Shown: positions 20,557-30,908 of the stretch, piece by piece
How positions within the stretch are numbered: position 1 is the stretch's first letter
Layout of the letters: every line of letters begins with the position of its first letter
Assembly (NCBI GenBank): GCA_963700285.1
Contig: CAVOXA010000001.1
Span: 1,280,001 to 1,344,000, forward strand
Source of the DNA: an uncultured Chloroflexia bacterium
GTDB taxonomy: Bacteria > Chloroflexota > Anaerolineae > JAAYZQ01
Direction: 5' to 3'
Length of the DNA: 64,000 bases
Translations under genes and position numbers: made by a program
The notes under the pieces: generated by a model
Told to the model about the DNA's origin: nothing
Databases searched by the model: none
The model's input: only the letters and a program-made list of their open reading frames with translations

Positions 20557-21771
20557 ATGAGCCAATACACCGTCTACCTGATCCTCGAATTCAGCGCGGC
20601 GCTTCTCTTCTCCCTGATCTTCACCGTGAACATGCTCTACCAGGTGACGGTCGTCCAGCTCACCCCGCTGCAACTGGTACTGGTCGGAACCATCCTCGAG
20701 GCCAGCGTCTTCCTCTTCGAGATCCCAACGGGCATATTGGCCGACGTCAAGAGCCGGCGCCTGTCGGTGATCGTGGGCTACCTGCTCATCGGCCTGGGCT
20801 TTATCCTCGAGGGCTCCTTCCCTATCTTTGCGGTGGTGGCGCTGGCTCAGGTCATTTGGGGCTGTGGTTATACCTTCACCAGTGGCGCCACGCAGGCCTG
20901 GATTGCCGACGAGATCGGGGAACAACGGGCGGGCCATGCCTTTCTGCGCGGGCAACAATCGGCGGCTGTTGGTGCCCTCGTGGCCATCCCCATCAGCGTG
21001 GCGCTGGGCGCGGTGAGCGTCCAATTGCCCATTGTAGTAGGGGGTATCCTCATGCTCCTGCTGGCGGTCTTTCTGGCCCTCACCATGCGCGAAGAGGGCT
21101 TCCGGCCAACCCCCAGGGAGGACCGCGACACGTGGGGCATGATGGCCAAGACCATGCGCGACGCCCGTGACATGGCCCGCCGCCAGCCTGTGCTGCTGGC
21201 CCTGTTGGGTACCGGGCTGTTCTACGGCCTATACAGCGAGGGCCTCGACCGCCTGTGGACCGCGCACCTGCTGCAGAACCATACGCTGCCCTGGTATAGC
21301 GCGGTAACGCCTGTGGTTTGGTTTGGAGTCATCAGAGCGGCGGAGCTCCTGCTTGGCCTGGGCGCGGTTGAGCTGGCCCGCCGCCGCGTTGATACGGTAA
21401 ATGCCATCGCCATCGGCCGCACGCTGCTGGTCAGTACTGGCTTGATCGTCGTCACGCTGGCCGTCTTTGCCCTGACCCGTTCCTTCGCCCTTGCCCTGGC
21501 TGGCCTCTGGCTCATCGCGGCCCTGCGCAGTTTCGTGGAGCCGCTCCAGACGGCGTGGTTCAACCTGCGCATCGACGATTCTCAGGTGCGGGCCACCATG
21601 TTCTCCGTCAGCGGCCAGGTCGACGCCGTGGGCCAGATCGCCGGTGGACCCGGTGTGGGGGCCATCGGCAACGCCTCGCTGCGGGCGGCTTTGCTCACCT
21701 CGGCCGTGCTCCTCGCTCCAGCCATGCCCCTCTACGCCCTGGCCATGCGCCACGAGAACCGGGCTGGTTGA
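20557..21771 (+). CDS. MFS transporter (TetA(P)-like)
   Basis: LQLVLVGTILE...FEIPTGILADVKSRRLSV, SGATQAWIADE, SEGLDRLW; about 12 TM. Confidence 0.85.
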   Translation: MSQYTVYLILEFSAALLFSLIFTVNMLYQVTVVQLTPLQLVLVGTILEASVFLFEIPTGILADVKSRRLSVIVGYLLIGLGFILEGSFPIFAVVALAQVIWGCGYTFTSGATQAWIADEIGEQRAGHAFLRGQQSAAVGALVAIPISVALGAVSVQLPIVVGGILMLLLAVFLALTMREEGFRPTPREDRDTWGMMAKTMRDARDMARRQPVLLALLGTGLFYGLYSEGLDRLWTAHLLQNHTLPWYSAVTPVVWFGVIRAAELLLGLGAVELARRRVDTVNAIAIGRTLLVSTGLIVVTLAVFALTRSFALALAGLWLIAALRSFVEPLQTAWFNLRIDDSQVRATMFSVSGQVDAVGQIAGGPGVGAIGNASLRAALLTSAVLLAPAMPLYALAMRHENRAG

Positions 21772-21934
21772 TCGGGAGCAACAGCAGTGGCAGGTTTGGA
21801 CGACTTGTGGGATAATAGGTGTTGTCGGAAAGGGCACCAGGCCCATCACGTCATCCACCGCCCCGGCGGCCACCGCACGTTCACCTGGGCTGTTGCCCTC
21901 GGCAACAGACAACCAATTCCAAAGGAGGTCAGCA

Positions 21935-22789
21935 ATGCAAACACGCCGTTTCGGACGCACCGGTCACATGAGTACCATCGTCATCTTTGGGTCCTTTGCC
22001 GTGGGCAAGCTGGATCAGGACTCGGCCGACGCGGTCATAGAGCAGCTACTGGCTGCAGGAGTCAACCATATTGATGTAGCGCCTTCCTACGATGACGCCG
22101 AGCTTCGGTTGGGCCCGTGGCTGGAAAGGTACCGCGATCGCTTCTTCCTGGGCTGCAAGACCCAGCTCCGCGGCCGCGACGAAGCCCGGGAACAACTGCA
22201 CCGTTCGTTGCAGCGCCTGCGCGTGGAGGCCCTTGACCTCTATCAACTGCACGCGGTCACAACCATGGCAGAACTGGAACGGTGCTTCGCGCCGGGGGGC
22301 TCCATGGAGGCCATCCTCGAGGCCCGCGACGAAGGCTTGACCCGCTTTATCGGCATCACCTCTCACGGCCTGCAGGCTCCCGCCGTTGAGATGGCTGCCC
22401 TCGAGCGCTTTGATTTCGACAGCCTGCTGTTTACCCTTAACGCCAATCTCTGGGCGAATGACGAATACCGGCGCGATGCCACGGCTTTGCTTCAGATGGC
22501 CGCCGAGCGGGAGGTGGGCACCATGGTCATCAAGGCTTTCGCCCGCGGACCCTGGGGCGACCAGCCACGGCGCTACCACACCTGGTACGAGCCCCTGGAG
22601 GAGGCCCAAGAGATCGAGACGGCGCTGCGTTTCGCCCTCTCACAGCCCGTGACCGGCGCCATCAGTGCCGGCGACTCCCGCCTGCTGCCCATGATCCTGG
22701 ATGCCGCCGCACGCTTCCAGCCCATGGACGCCGCCGAGCAGCAGGCCCTCATGCAAACCGCAGCGCAATACGATCCGCTCTTCACCTAG
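21935..22789 (+). CDS. Aldo/keto reductase
   Basis: AGGAGG RBS; MQTRRFGRTG, IDVAPSY, DLYQLH, IGITSH. Confidence 0.9.
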   Translation: MQTRRFGRTGHMSTIVIFGSFAVGKLDQDSADAVIEQLLAAGVNHIDVAPSYDDAELRLGPWLERYRDRFFLGCKTQLRGRDEAREQLHRSLQRLRVEALDLYQLHAVTTMAELERCFAPGGSMEAILEARDEGLTRFIGITSHGLQAPAVEMAALERFDFDSLLFTLNANLWANDEYRRDATALLQMAAEREVGTMVIKAFARGPWGDQPRRYHTWYEPLEEAQEIETALRFALSQPVTGAISAGDSRLLPMILDAAARFQPMDAAEQQALMQTAAQYDPLFT

Positions 22790-22796
22790 TCAGAGG

Positions 22797-23146
22797 CGGC
22801 GCGTTATTCTGAGCGATCCATGGCTCGGTACGCCACTCCATGCGGAATGATACCCGTACCTGTCATTGCGAGGAGGCCGCAGGCCGACGAAGCAATCCCC
22901 AACTGCCCAGTAGAGACTGCTTCGGCCCAAACTACGGGCCTCGCAGTGACAAGATCGGCGTCATTAGTAGCGATCCATGGTTCGGTACGCCACTCTATCC
23001 GGAATGACACCGCCACTGTGTCATTGCGACGAGCGCAGCGAGGAAGCAATCCCCACCTGCGACCGGGGAGGAGACTGCTTCGGCCCAGACAGCCGGCCTC
23101 GCAGTGACAAGTTTGGTGTCATTGGTAGCGCAGCGAAGAATCTCTA
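22797..23146. repeat. Tandem ~160-bp units containing GTCATTGCGA...GAAGCAATC...GACTGCTTCG...CTCGCAGTGAC palindromic elements (2 full, 1 partial)
   Basis: Palindromes at ~22861-22950 and ~23019-23109. Each is preceded by GCGATCCATGGYTCGGTACGCCACTC...GGAATGAYACC. Lies between convergent genes. Confidence 0.8.
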
Positions 23147-23151
23147 TCCAA

Positions 23152-23538
23152 TTATAGGCTATCCACCACCCGCTTTAGCTTGGCCTGGACCTCCACAGCC
23201 ACCGATCCCAGTTCTGCATTTTCAATGGCTGCCATCGAAGCGATGGGGTCCACGGCCGCAACCTCCACGCCGCCGCCATCCCGCTCCTGGACGATGACGT
23301 TACAGGGCAGCATGGTCCCGATTTTATCCTCGGCCAGGAAAGCCTGGTACGCGTAAGGTGGGTTGCAGGCCCCCAGGATCCGATAGTTCCGAAAGTCGGT
23401 GCCCAACTTTTTCTTGAAGGTGGCTTTGACATCGATCTCTGTCAGAACCCCGAAGCCCTCATCCTTCAGTTTCTCCGTGACGTGGGCAACCGCGTCGTCG
23501 AACGGCATATCAAGCTCTTTGTTGAAATAATAACTCAT
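23152..23538 (-). CDS. DUF302 domain protein
   Basis: GFGVLTEIDVKATFKKKL, YRILGACNP, MLPCNVIV. Confidence 0.9.
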   Translation of the reverse strand: MSYYFNKELDMPFDDAVAHVTEKLKDEGFGVLTEIDVKATFKKKLGTDFRNYRILGACNPPYAYQAFLAEDKIGTMLPCNVIVQERDGGGVEVAAVDPIASMAAIENAELGSVAVEVQAKLKRVVDSL

Positions 23539-23940
23539 CCGCTTGCGTCTCCTCCTGGTTCGTTCCAACCGGCTAGATCTGAGTTCACCTGCGGCTCACG
23601 GCCCGCATTGTACCACAACCCACGGGACCTGGCAAAGCCTCCACCCTGATCACCCCCAAGGCGGTACCCGTACACTCGGCCGCTCCAATACCATACCGTA
23701 CCGCTTTCCCAGTTCTCCACCATCGCGTTCCACCCCGCCAGCCCAAGATCCACCAACAGCTTCTTGCCCATCAGAGTACGCGCCTATCAGGCCTGCGTCA
23801 TCACTGCCTACAGAGGGATAGGCCGGTGTGCCGTGGCATGGCTGCTCTGACCTCTTTGACCTCGGAGGTCTGGCTTTACCTACTAGAAACCACCACCCAC
23901 CGTCACCCCTCGCGAAATTCCCTCTGAGCACGGGACCCTT

Positions 23941-24162
23941 GTCACCGAGACCGCCCGCGCCGACAACGCCGCCCTGGCCGAGGCCGCCCGTGACATCGTC
24001 CAGGCCCTGTCCGGGATGCGCGCCCAGGGTTGGATCGACGACGCCACCGCCATCCAGCTCGCCTTCAAGTTCGCCGGCGAGACCATCCCCCAGGAGGAGA
24101 TCGAGCGCATCCTTGAAGCCTGTGGCGAGCGAAGCGAAGCCAACCCTGCCCCTGGACCGTAG
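23941..24162 (+). pseudogene. 5'-truncated fragment resembling a phage portal C-terminus
   Basis: Manual translation VTETARADNAALAEAARDIVQALSGMRAQGWIDDATAIQLAFKFAGETIPQEEIERIL* with strong GC3 bias and no plausible full-length start. The resemblance is from memory of prophage portals. Confidence 0.45.
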
Positions 24163-24179
24163 CCAAGAGCCGCCCGCCG

Positions 24180-24551
24180 ATGAGCCAGAAGCCTGAGCCG
24201 CCGCCCGAGGAGCCACCCTATGAACCACCCGTCCCGGTCCCCTTTCCCTGGCATCCCTGGTACCCGTGGCCACCGGGCACCGAGCCGCCAGCTGACCTTC
24301 ACCTCCACTACCACAACGCCAACCCCAACCCGGCCAGGGTCTGCCCCGTCTGCCAGACCGACATCGGCAAGGTCTTCCGCCTCGAAGACGCGCCCAGGCT
24401 GCCCCGCCACCCACACTGCTACTGCTTCTACGTCGTCACTGACGCGCCAGTCACCAAGGAAGGAAACGCGCCCATGACCGGCCGCGCCGAGACAGCTTGC
24501 ACCGGCCATCTCCCCATCTCCCTCTCACCCCCTCGCCCCATCGAACCCTGA
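24180..24551 (+). CDS. Small protein with phage head-morphogenesis (Mu gpF/SPP1 gp7-like) Cys/His motif
   Basis: VCPVCQTDIGKVF...PRLPRHPHCYCFY matches the CxxC...G...PxHPxCxC motif. Confidence 0.55.
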   Translation: MSQKPEPPPEEPPYEPPVPVPFPWHPWYPWPPGTEPPADLHLHYHNANPNPARVCPVCQTDIGKVFRLEDAPRLPRHPHCYCFYVVTDAPVTKEGNAPMTGRAETACTGHLPISLSPPRPIEP

Positions 24552-24799
24552 CCTCGGCCTCAACCCTTAGCGCTGCAAGGCGCCTCATTATGCCCAAAGA
24601 CGCCCCGATCCAGAGCGAACAATCCGAAAATCCCACCAGCCCGATACCCCTGCCAATCAGGCCCACGCACGCACTGGGTCATCCACGAATGTTGGCCACG
24701 AATACACGAATGGTGGCTGTGGGGCACAATCGATTATTCCCGGTTAATTCGTGTGAACAGGGCTACCGAGGGTAACTACCGCACTGTTATCATTTAAAG

Positions 24800-24828
24800 T
24801 TGACAAAAATACACTGAATACGTATAAT
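24800..24828 (+). promoter_or_regulatory. Consensus sigma70 promoter
   Basis: TTGACA-17 nt-TATAAT in an AT-rich patch upstream of 24911. Confidence 0.75.
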
Positions 24829-24910
24829 TAGCCTTGTTTTACTTTGTCGCCAGCCCAGGCAGTTTAGCGAGCCTGGATAGCATCCACTGAGGAGCAGGAA
24901 GGACGGAATC

Positions 24911-27900
24911 ATGACCCGCATTTCCACCGCTTGCATTGGACCCTTGCTCGCGCTGACCCTGATCGTCACCGCTGTCGTGGGCCCCATCAACCGCCGGGCC
25001 GCTCTGGCCCATCAGGGGCCCCAGCGTACCAGGCCGGCCGTGGAAGCTCCAGCTCGCCCCGCGAATCCCAGTCCTGAGGCCCTATTGCGGACACTGGACC
25101 AGATGCCTCTCAGCTTCGAGGCCAATCAGGGTCAGTTCGCCACGCCTGTGCATTTTACCACCCGCCAGGCTGGCGGCATTTTCTTCTTCACTACCCACGA
25201 GATGGCGGCGGTGTTCCGCCGGACAACGTCCGACTCTGCTTTAGCGGAGGATCTGGAGATAGAGGGCGAAGGGGAGGGGTCGTTGCCGTACCTTGAGTCC
25301 GAAACCCTCGCCCTCAAGGTCCACTTTCTTGGCGCCTCCCCCACGGTCGAGATAGAGGGACTGGACCCTCTGCCCGGCAGGGTCAACTACTTCAGCGGCA
25401 GCGACCCAGTCCGCTGGCAACAGGCCGTGCCCACCTACGCCACCATCCTCTACCACAATCTCTATCCCCACACTGACCTGCGCTACTCCGGCGTGGGCGG
25501 CCGGCTCAAGTACGACTTTCTCCTGGACCCAGGGGCCGAGGTAGACCGCATTGCCCTGGCCTACACCGGGGTGGAGGGATTGGAGCTCAACGGCGCGGGC
25601 CAACTGCAGGTCAGGACCGCCTGGGGCACCCTGGTGGAAGATGCCCCCCTCGCCTGGCAGACGGGCGAGGCGGGGCGCCGCGAGCCGGTCGCCGTGCGCT
25701 ACCGGCTCCAACCAGGTGACATTGTGGGCTTCCAGGTGGGCACCTATGATCCTGCCCGGCCTCTGGTGATCGACCCCACGCTCCGCTACGGCACCTATGT
25801 CGGAGGCGGCAGTGTTGAGCACGGCCGCGACATTGCGGTCGATGGCGAAGGGAACGTTTTAGTCACTGGCTCCACCCAATCCTCCGACTTTCCCACAACG
25901 GCCGGGGCCTTCGACCGCAACCGCGCCGCCGGCCAGGACGTCTACGTCCTCAAGCTGGCGGCGGACGGAAGTGGTCTGCTGTTCAGCACTTTTGTAGGGG
26001 GTAAGGAGAGCGAGTCGGGCTTTGGCCTGGCCCTGGATGGCGATGGGAATCCCGTGGTCGTCGGCTGGGCCTGGTCCTCGGACTTTCCCACTACTTCCGG
26101 GGCTCACGACACCAGCTATGGTGGGAACAGGGACGCCTTTGTGTTCAAGCTGTCGGCCGACGGCAGCAAGCTGCTGTTTAGCACCTTTGTAGGCGGTAGT
26201 GAGCGCGACGCCATCTATCCGGTGCAGGTTGATGGCGACGGGAACGTCATCCTCACCGGCTATACGCTTTCCACAGACTTTCCCACAACCGCTGGGGCCT
26301 ACGATGGCACCCACAATGGTGACAAGGAGATCATCGTCTGTAAGCTGTCCCCAGATGGGAGCGAGCTGCTGTTCAGCACCTTTGTTGGAGGCAAGCACAT
26401 GGACCTTGGCCGCCACATTGTCCTCGACAGCGCGGGCAACTATGTCGTCACTGGCTACACCTGGTCCTCCGACTATCCCACCACCCCTGACGCCTATGAC
26501 CGCACCCACGGTGGGGGAGAGCGCGACATGTTCCTCCTGAAACTGTCCGCTGACGGAAGTACGTTGCTGGCTAGCACCTACGTCGGGGGCAGCGGTGATG
26601 AACGCGGCCGTGGCTTGGCGCTGGATGGGCAGGGCAATCCCGTCATCGCCGGCTATACCAGCTCCTCCGATTTCCCCACCACGCCTGGCGCATACGACAC
26701 CACTTACGGTGGCGCATACGACATCTATGCCCTCAAGCTATCGGCCGACGCCACCACGCTACTGTACAGCACCCTGGTCGGCGGCAGCCAGAACGACTAT
26801 GCCCGCGGGATGGATATGGACGCCTCGGGCAACATCTTTGTCGTTGGGGATTCCTACTCGAGCAGCTTTCCCACCACCCCTGATGCCTTTAGCACCAAAG
26901 GCAATGGAGGTCTGGACGCAGTTGTCCTGAAACTGTCGCCGGATTTAGTTCCCTGCTTTACAGCACCTTTGTGGGGGGCAGCGGTGAGGAGCAGGGACAC
27001 GAACTGGCGCTAGACGGGAAGACCGGTGTCGTGATCACCGGCCACACCAAGTCCAGCAACTTTCCCACCACCTCCGGTGCCCATGATCGCACCTACAACG
27101 GCGACCAGGACCTGTTCGTCTTCTACCTCGACGGGCTGACCGGGCAGGGGCACACCTTGACTGTAAACGTCTCCGGCAGCGGCACCGTGACCAGGGACCC
27201 GCACAAGTCCGCCTATCAATCCGGAGAGCAGGTCAAGCTGACGGCCAGCCCCAGCCCGGGCTGGGGCTTCTCCGGCTGGTCGGGCGACCTCTCCAGCAGT
27301 GCCAATCCGGCTACCCTCACCATGGATGGCAACAGGTCCGTTACCGCCACCTTCACTCAGAATCAATTCACCCTCTCTGTCAACGTCTCCGGCAGCGGCA
27401 CCGTGACCAGGGACCCGCACAAGTCCGCCTATCAATCCGGAGAGCAGGTCAAGCTGACGGCCAGCCCCAGCCCGGGCTGGGTCTTCTCTGGCTGGTCGGG
27501 CGACCTCTCCAGCACTGCCAACCCAGCCACCCTCACCATGGATGGCAACAAGTCCGTCACCGCCACCTTCACCCAGGACCAATACACCCTCTCCGTCAGT
27601 GTCTCTGGCAGCGGCTCGGTGGCCAAGTCGCCCGACCAGGCGGGTTACCACCATGGCGACCAGGTCCAACTCACTGCCAGCCCCAGCGCCGGCTGGACCT
27701 TCACTGCCTGGTCCGGGGACCTGACTGGCGCCGAGAATCCGGCCACCCTCACCATCGACGGCACCAAGTCCGTCACCGCCACCTTTGGCCAGAATGGGTA
27801 CACGCTGACCGTGAACGTCGATGGCAGCGGTTCCGTGAGCAGAGCCCCGGAGCAGGCCGTCTACGTGCTCGGCGAAGAGGTGCAGCTCAGCGCCACCCCA

Positions 27901-28528
27901 GATCCTGGCTGGTCGTTCTCCGGCTGGTCCGGCGCCCTGACCGGCGCTGAGAATCCGGCCACCGTCATCATCGGCGGCGACGAGATGGTCACGGCTGCCT
28001 TCACTCAGAAAGAGCACACCCTGACTGTGAGCATCACCGGCAGCGGGGACGTGACCAAGGCGCCCGATCAGGCCAGCTACCATTACGGCGACCAGGTCCA
28101 GCTCACCGCCAGCCCCGGCGCAGGGTGGCTCTTTGCCGGCTGGTCCGGCGACCTCTCCGGTGGTGACAACCCGGCCAGCCTAACCATCGACGGCGACAAG
28201 GTCGCAACCGCCATCTTTGGACAGACGTGCCACACCTTGAGGCACGGAGGCCAGCCCCGAGGAGGGCGGCTCAATCAGTGTCGACTATGACCCCAATTGC
28301 GACGACGCTGGCGTCGCCAAGTACGTTATTGGCACCGTCGTCCAACTGACCGCCAGCCCTGCCCCGGGCAGGTTCTTTAGCCACTGGAGCGGCGACGTCA
28401 CAGGAAACGCCAATCCCACCAGCCTGTCTGTGAGCGCGGATGCCTCGGTCCTTGCTCACTTCCAGGAGACGCAGATCCTATTCCTGCCCATGCTCCTGAC
28501 GGGGCCATATTCGCTGTCATTCCCTTGA
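24911..28528 (+). CDS. Large secreted protein: SBBP beta-propeller repeats plus InlB B-like repeats, with C-terminal FLPML tail (frameshifts near 26950, 28240-28400)
   Basis: PLSFEANQGQ, LVIDP, repeated YSTFVGG...D.G..IAVD..GN..VTG.T.S.DFPTT, then repeated TLTVNVSGSG...VKLTASP..GW.FSGWSGDL. Last frame ends TQILFLPMLLTGPYSLSFP*. Confidence 0.8.
27166..27575 (+). repeat. Near-identical 216-bp intragenic tandem duplication
   Basis: AACGTCTCCGGCAGCGGCACCGTGACCAGGGACCCGCACAAGTCCGCC... occurs at ~27166 and ~27382. Confidence 0.85.
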
Positions 28529-28914
28529 CTCCGGATCCACTCAAGAAAGACTGGGCCAGTCTGTTTCCCGTTCCGCGGGCAGGTGACTGTGTATACACTA
28601 CCGGGATCAGGTTCAAGGTACAACCGAATGGCATGCAGGCCCATTTCAAGGTTCCTCCCTACGAATGCTCTATGCTACCACAGAACCGCGAGGAACAGCA
28701 AAAGGACCGCCTGGAGCGCCTGGAGCGGTCCGCCGGCTTCATGCACTTGTTTTGGTCTTGTCGATGATGGCTGACGCAAAGCTCGCATTGTTGTTCACCT
28801 GGAGCCGGTAGCGGTTTGCCCCCGTGTTGCAGGCCATTCAAAGATGGGCCTTTCTCATGGCTCCTGCTGCCATCCACGGGGGATGAAGGCTCCGGCGCCG
28901 GCCCATAGTTCGCT

Positions 28915-29045
28915 GTTGGTCCTGTGAAGAAGAGCATATCATCAACGGCGGTCAGTTTCTTGGGCCATGAGTCTTCTTCAAAATAGTACAGACACTTTGT
29001 CGGCACTGTACCGGAATGCGGTGCCATCGCTTCCCCAGAGCTGAG
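28915..29045 (-). pseudogene. Remnant of a single ELWxxDGT repeat
   Basis: Minus strand QLWGSDGTA, then after a 1-nt shift SGTVPTK...DSWPKKLTAVDDMLFFTG. Confidence 0.5.
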
Positions 29046-29056
29046 TTGATCTGCTC

Positions 29057-29085
29057 TTGACAGATTCGAACGTTTGTGCTACAAT
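29057..29085 (+). promoter_or_regulatory. Sigma70-type promoter overlapping a possible LexA (GAAC-N4-GTTC-like) box
   Basis: TTGACA-17 nt-TACAAT; the spacer contains CGAACGTTTGTGC. Confidence 0.45.
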
Positions 29086-29388
29086 AGACGAGTAGAGAGG
29101 CATGACAGTGCCAATGTGCTTGCTGCTAGACAGTCATGCAGGAGAGAATTGACCCGAACACGCTCCCCATCCCGATGTTGAACCCGAAACAAAAAGATCC
29201 CGATGCCCGGGTGCCATCTGTTGTTGTCGCCTTTCTCAACATCAGCAACATGATCCTTCAACGTGATACATGAGACCAGCACAAGTATCCTTTTTAACCG
29301 CAGTGTGGTATAATCCCGCCTATTCTGCGACCCCCTGCCGGCCTGCCTTGAGGGCACGAGCAGAGGGCCACGAGTACCGGACCAACGC

Positions 29389-30715
29389 ATGACCACAAAA
29401 AAAGCACCCAGTCATATGCCCGACACGGAGCCGACCCTTCGCCAGATGTTGGCCCTATGGCTTCCCCTGGCCGCCAGCATCGCCATGATGGTCCTCGAAC
29501 CCTCCGTCATCAACATCGGCTTGGGACGTACAGCCGATGCTGAACTGGCTCTGGCTGCCTATGGCGTGGCTTTCAGCCTCGCCCTATTGGTCGAAGCGCC
29601 CATCCTCATGCTCCTCGACGCCTCGGTAGCTCGGGCCACGGACCGGGCGGCCTTTGGTCTGATCCGGCGTTTTGCCCTGGCTCTCGGGCTCATTGTAACT
29701 GCGATCGGATTGGTCGTCACGCTCAGCCCTCTCTATGTGCTGATAGTCGAAGGGCTGATGAACATCCCGACCAACATTGCCGCCGAGGCCCGTCCGACCT
29801 TGCAGATACTTGCCTTTTGGTCTCTGCCCATCGCCTCGCGACCGGCCAACCGGGGGTCTGCTGATCCGCTTGCGACAGACGACCAGCGTCAGCGTGGCCA
29901 CCGCTGTCCGCTGGTCACCCTGGCTCTGGCCTGTTCCTCGGCATGTTCTTCTGCCTCGCAAGGGGCGGTCGTCGCTCGCTTCGCCATGGTGCTCCAGTGT
30001 CACCGTCGGAGCGGCCCTCATCACTGTGTCTGTGCGGTTTGTGCTCCGGTTCCGGTTGAGATCTCCCTGCAGACACTCCGAAACCGATCAACCTCCCTCA
30101 CCTTGCGCGGGCTCTCGCGCTTCTACCGGCCCCTGGGTTCGACGACGATTCTGCGGCGGCGACCCGGCCGTGCTCAACGCTCGCATCACGGCCACCAGTC
30201 TCGCCGTCGCCTCCCTGGCCGCCTGGCCCGTCGGTCTGGGGTTTTGCCATGCTGGTCACCGGTCCCCGGCCTGAGCTTCCAGCAACTCACCACCGCCCTT
30301 GCCCACGGACCAGATACGCCTATCGCCGCGTGCGCCGCTTCTCGCTGAGCTTCAGCGTGATCATCGCCCTCACCTTGGGCCTGGTTGTTGCGCCGCTCTA
30401 TGGCATGGTGATGGGCGGCGTGCTCGATCGTCGCCCGAGAACCTTCAGGCGCTGGCGCGCCAGCCATGCAGCTCCTCGTCATCTGTCCCCTGGTGATCGG
30501 TTCGCGGTCCTGTCCGTCGCGTGCTCATCCGTCGGGCCGTACGGGGCGGTCCGGTCACGATGACGGCCAACGTCCTGACCCTCGCCGGGATGGTACTGGT
30601 CGGGCATCGTGGTCCCCAGCCCACCGCGTACTTCTGGCCACCAGCGCCACGCTGGCCGGGCCCTGGTAGAGTTGGCCTGGCTGCGCTGGAGGGCCTAGTG
30701 CATGCTCGAGACTGA
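29389..30715 (+). CDS. ANKH-like / MATE-superfamily membrane protein (multiple frameshifts)
   Basis: WLPLAAS...ALAAYGVAFSLALLVEAP, with a second half FYRPL...VLNA.I...SLAAWPV spread over several frames. Confidence 0.6.
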
Positions 30716-30908
30716 TGGTTTGAATGTACAGGTCGCGCGGCCTCGAAGGCCAGCGCTATGCCTGAACCACAGACTATGGCTGGCACCACCTGTTTCACGG
30801 CGGTGCGGTCCTGCCTTTCGGAGACTCCTTCCCCTGGCGGTATCGGACAAAATGGCCCTGCAACGGCTATAATCCCACACGAACCGGTTCGTTCTATCAG
30901 GGGAAGCG

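Noticed and set aside
22797-23146. CRISPR array
   Set aside because: Only about two long degenerate units, no unique spacers between identical repeats and no cas genes.
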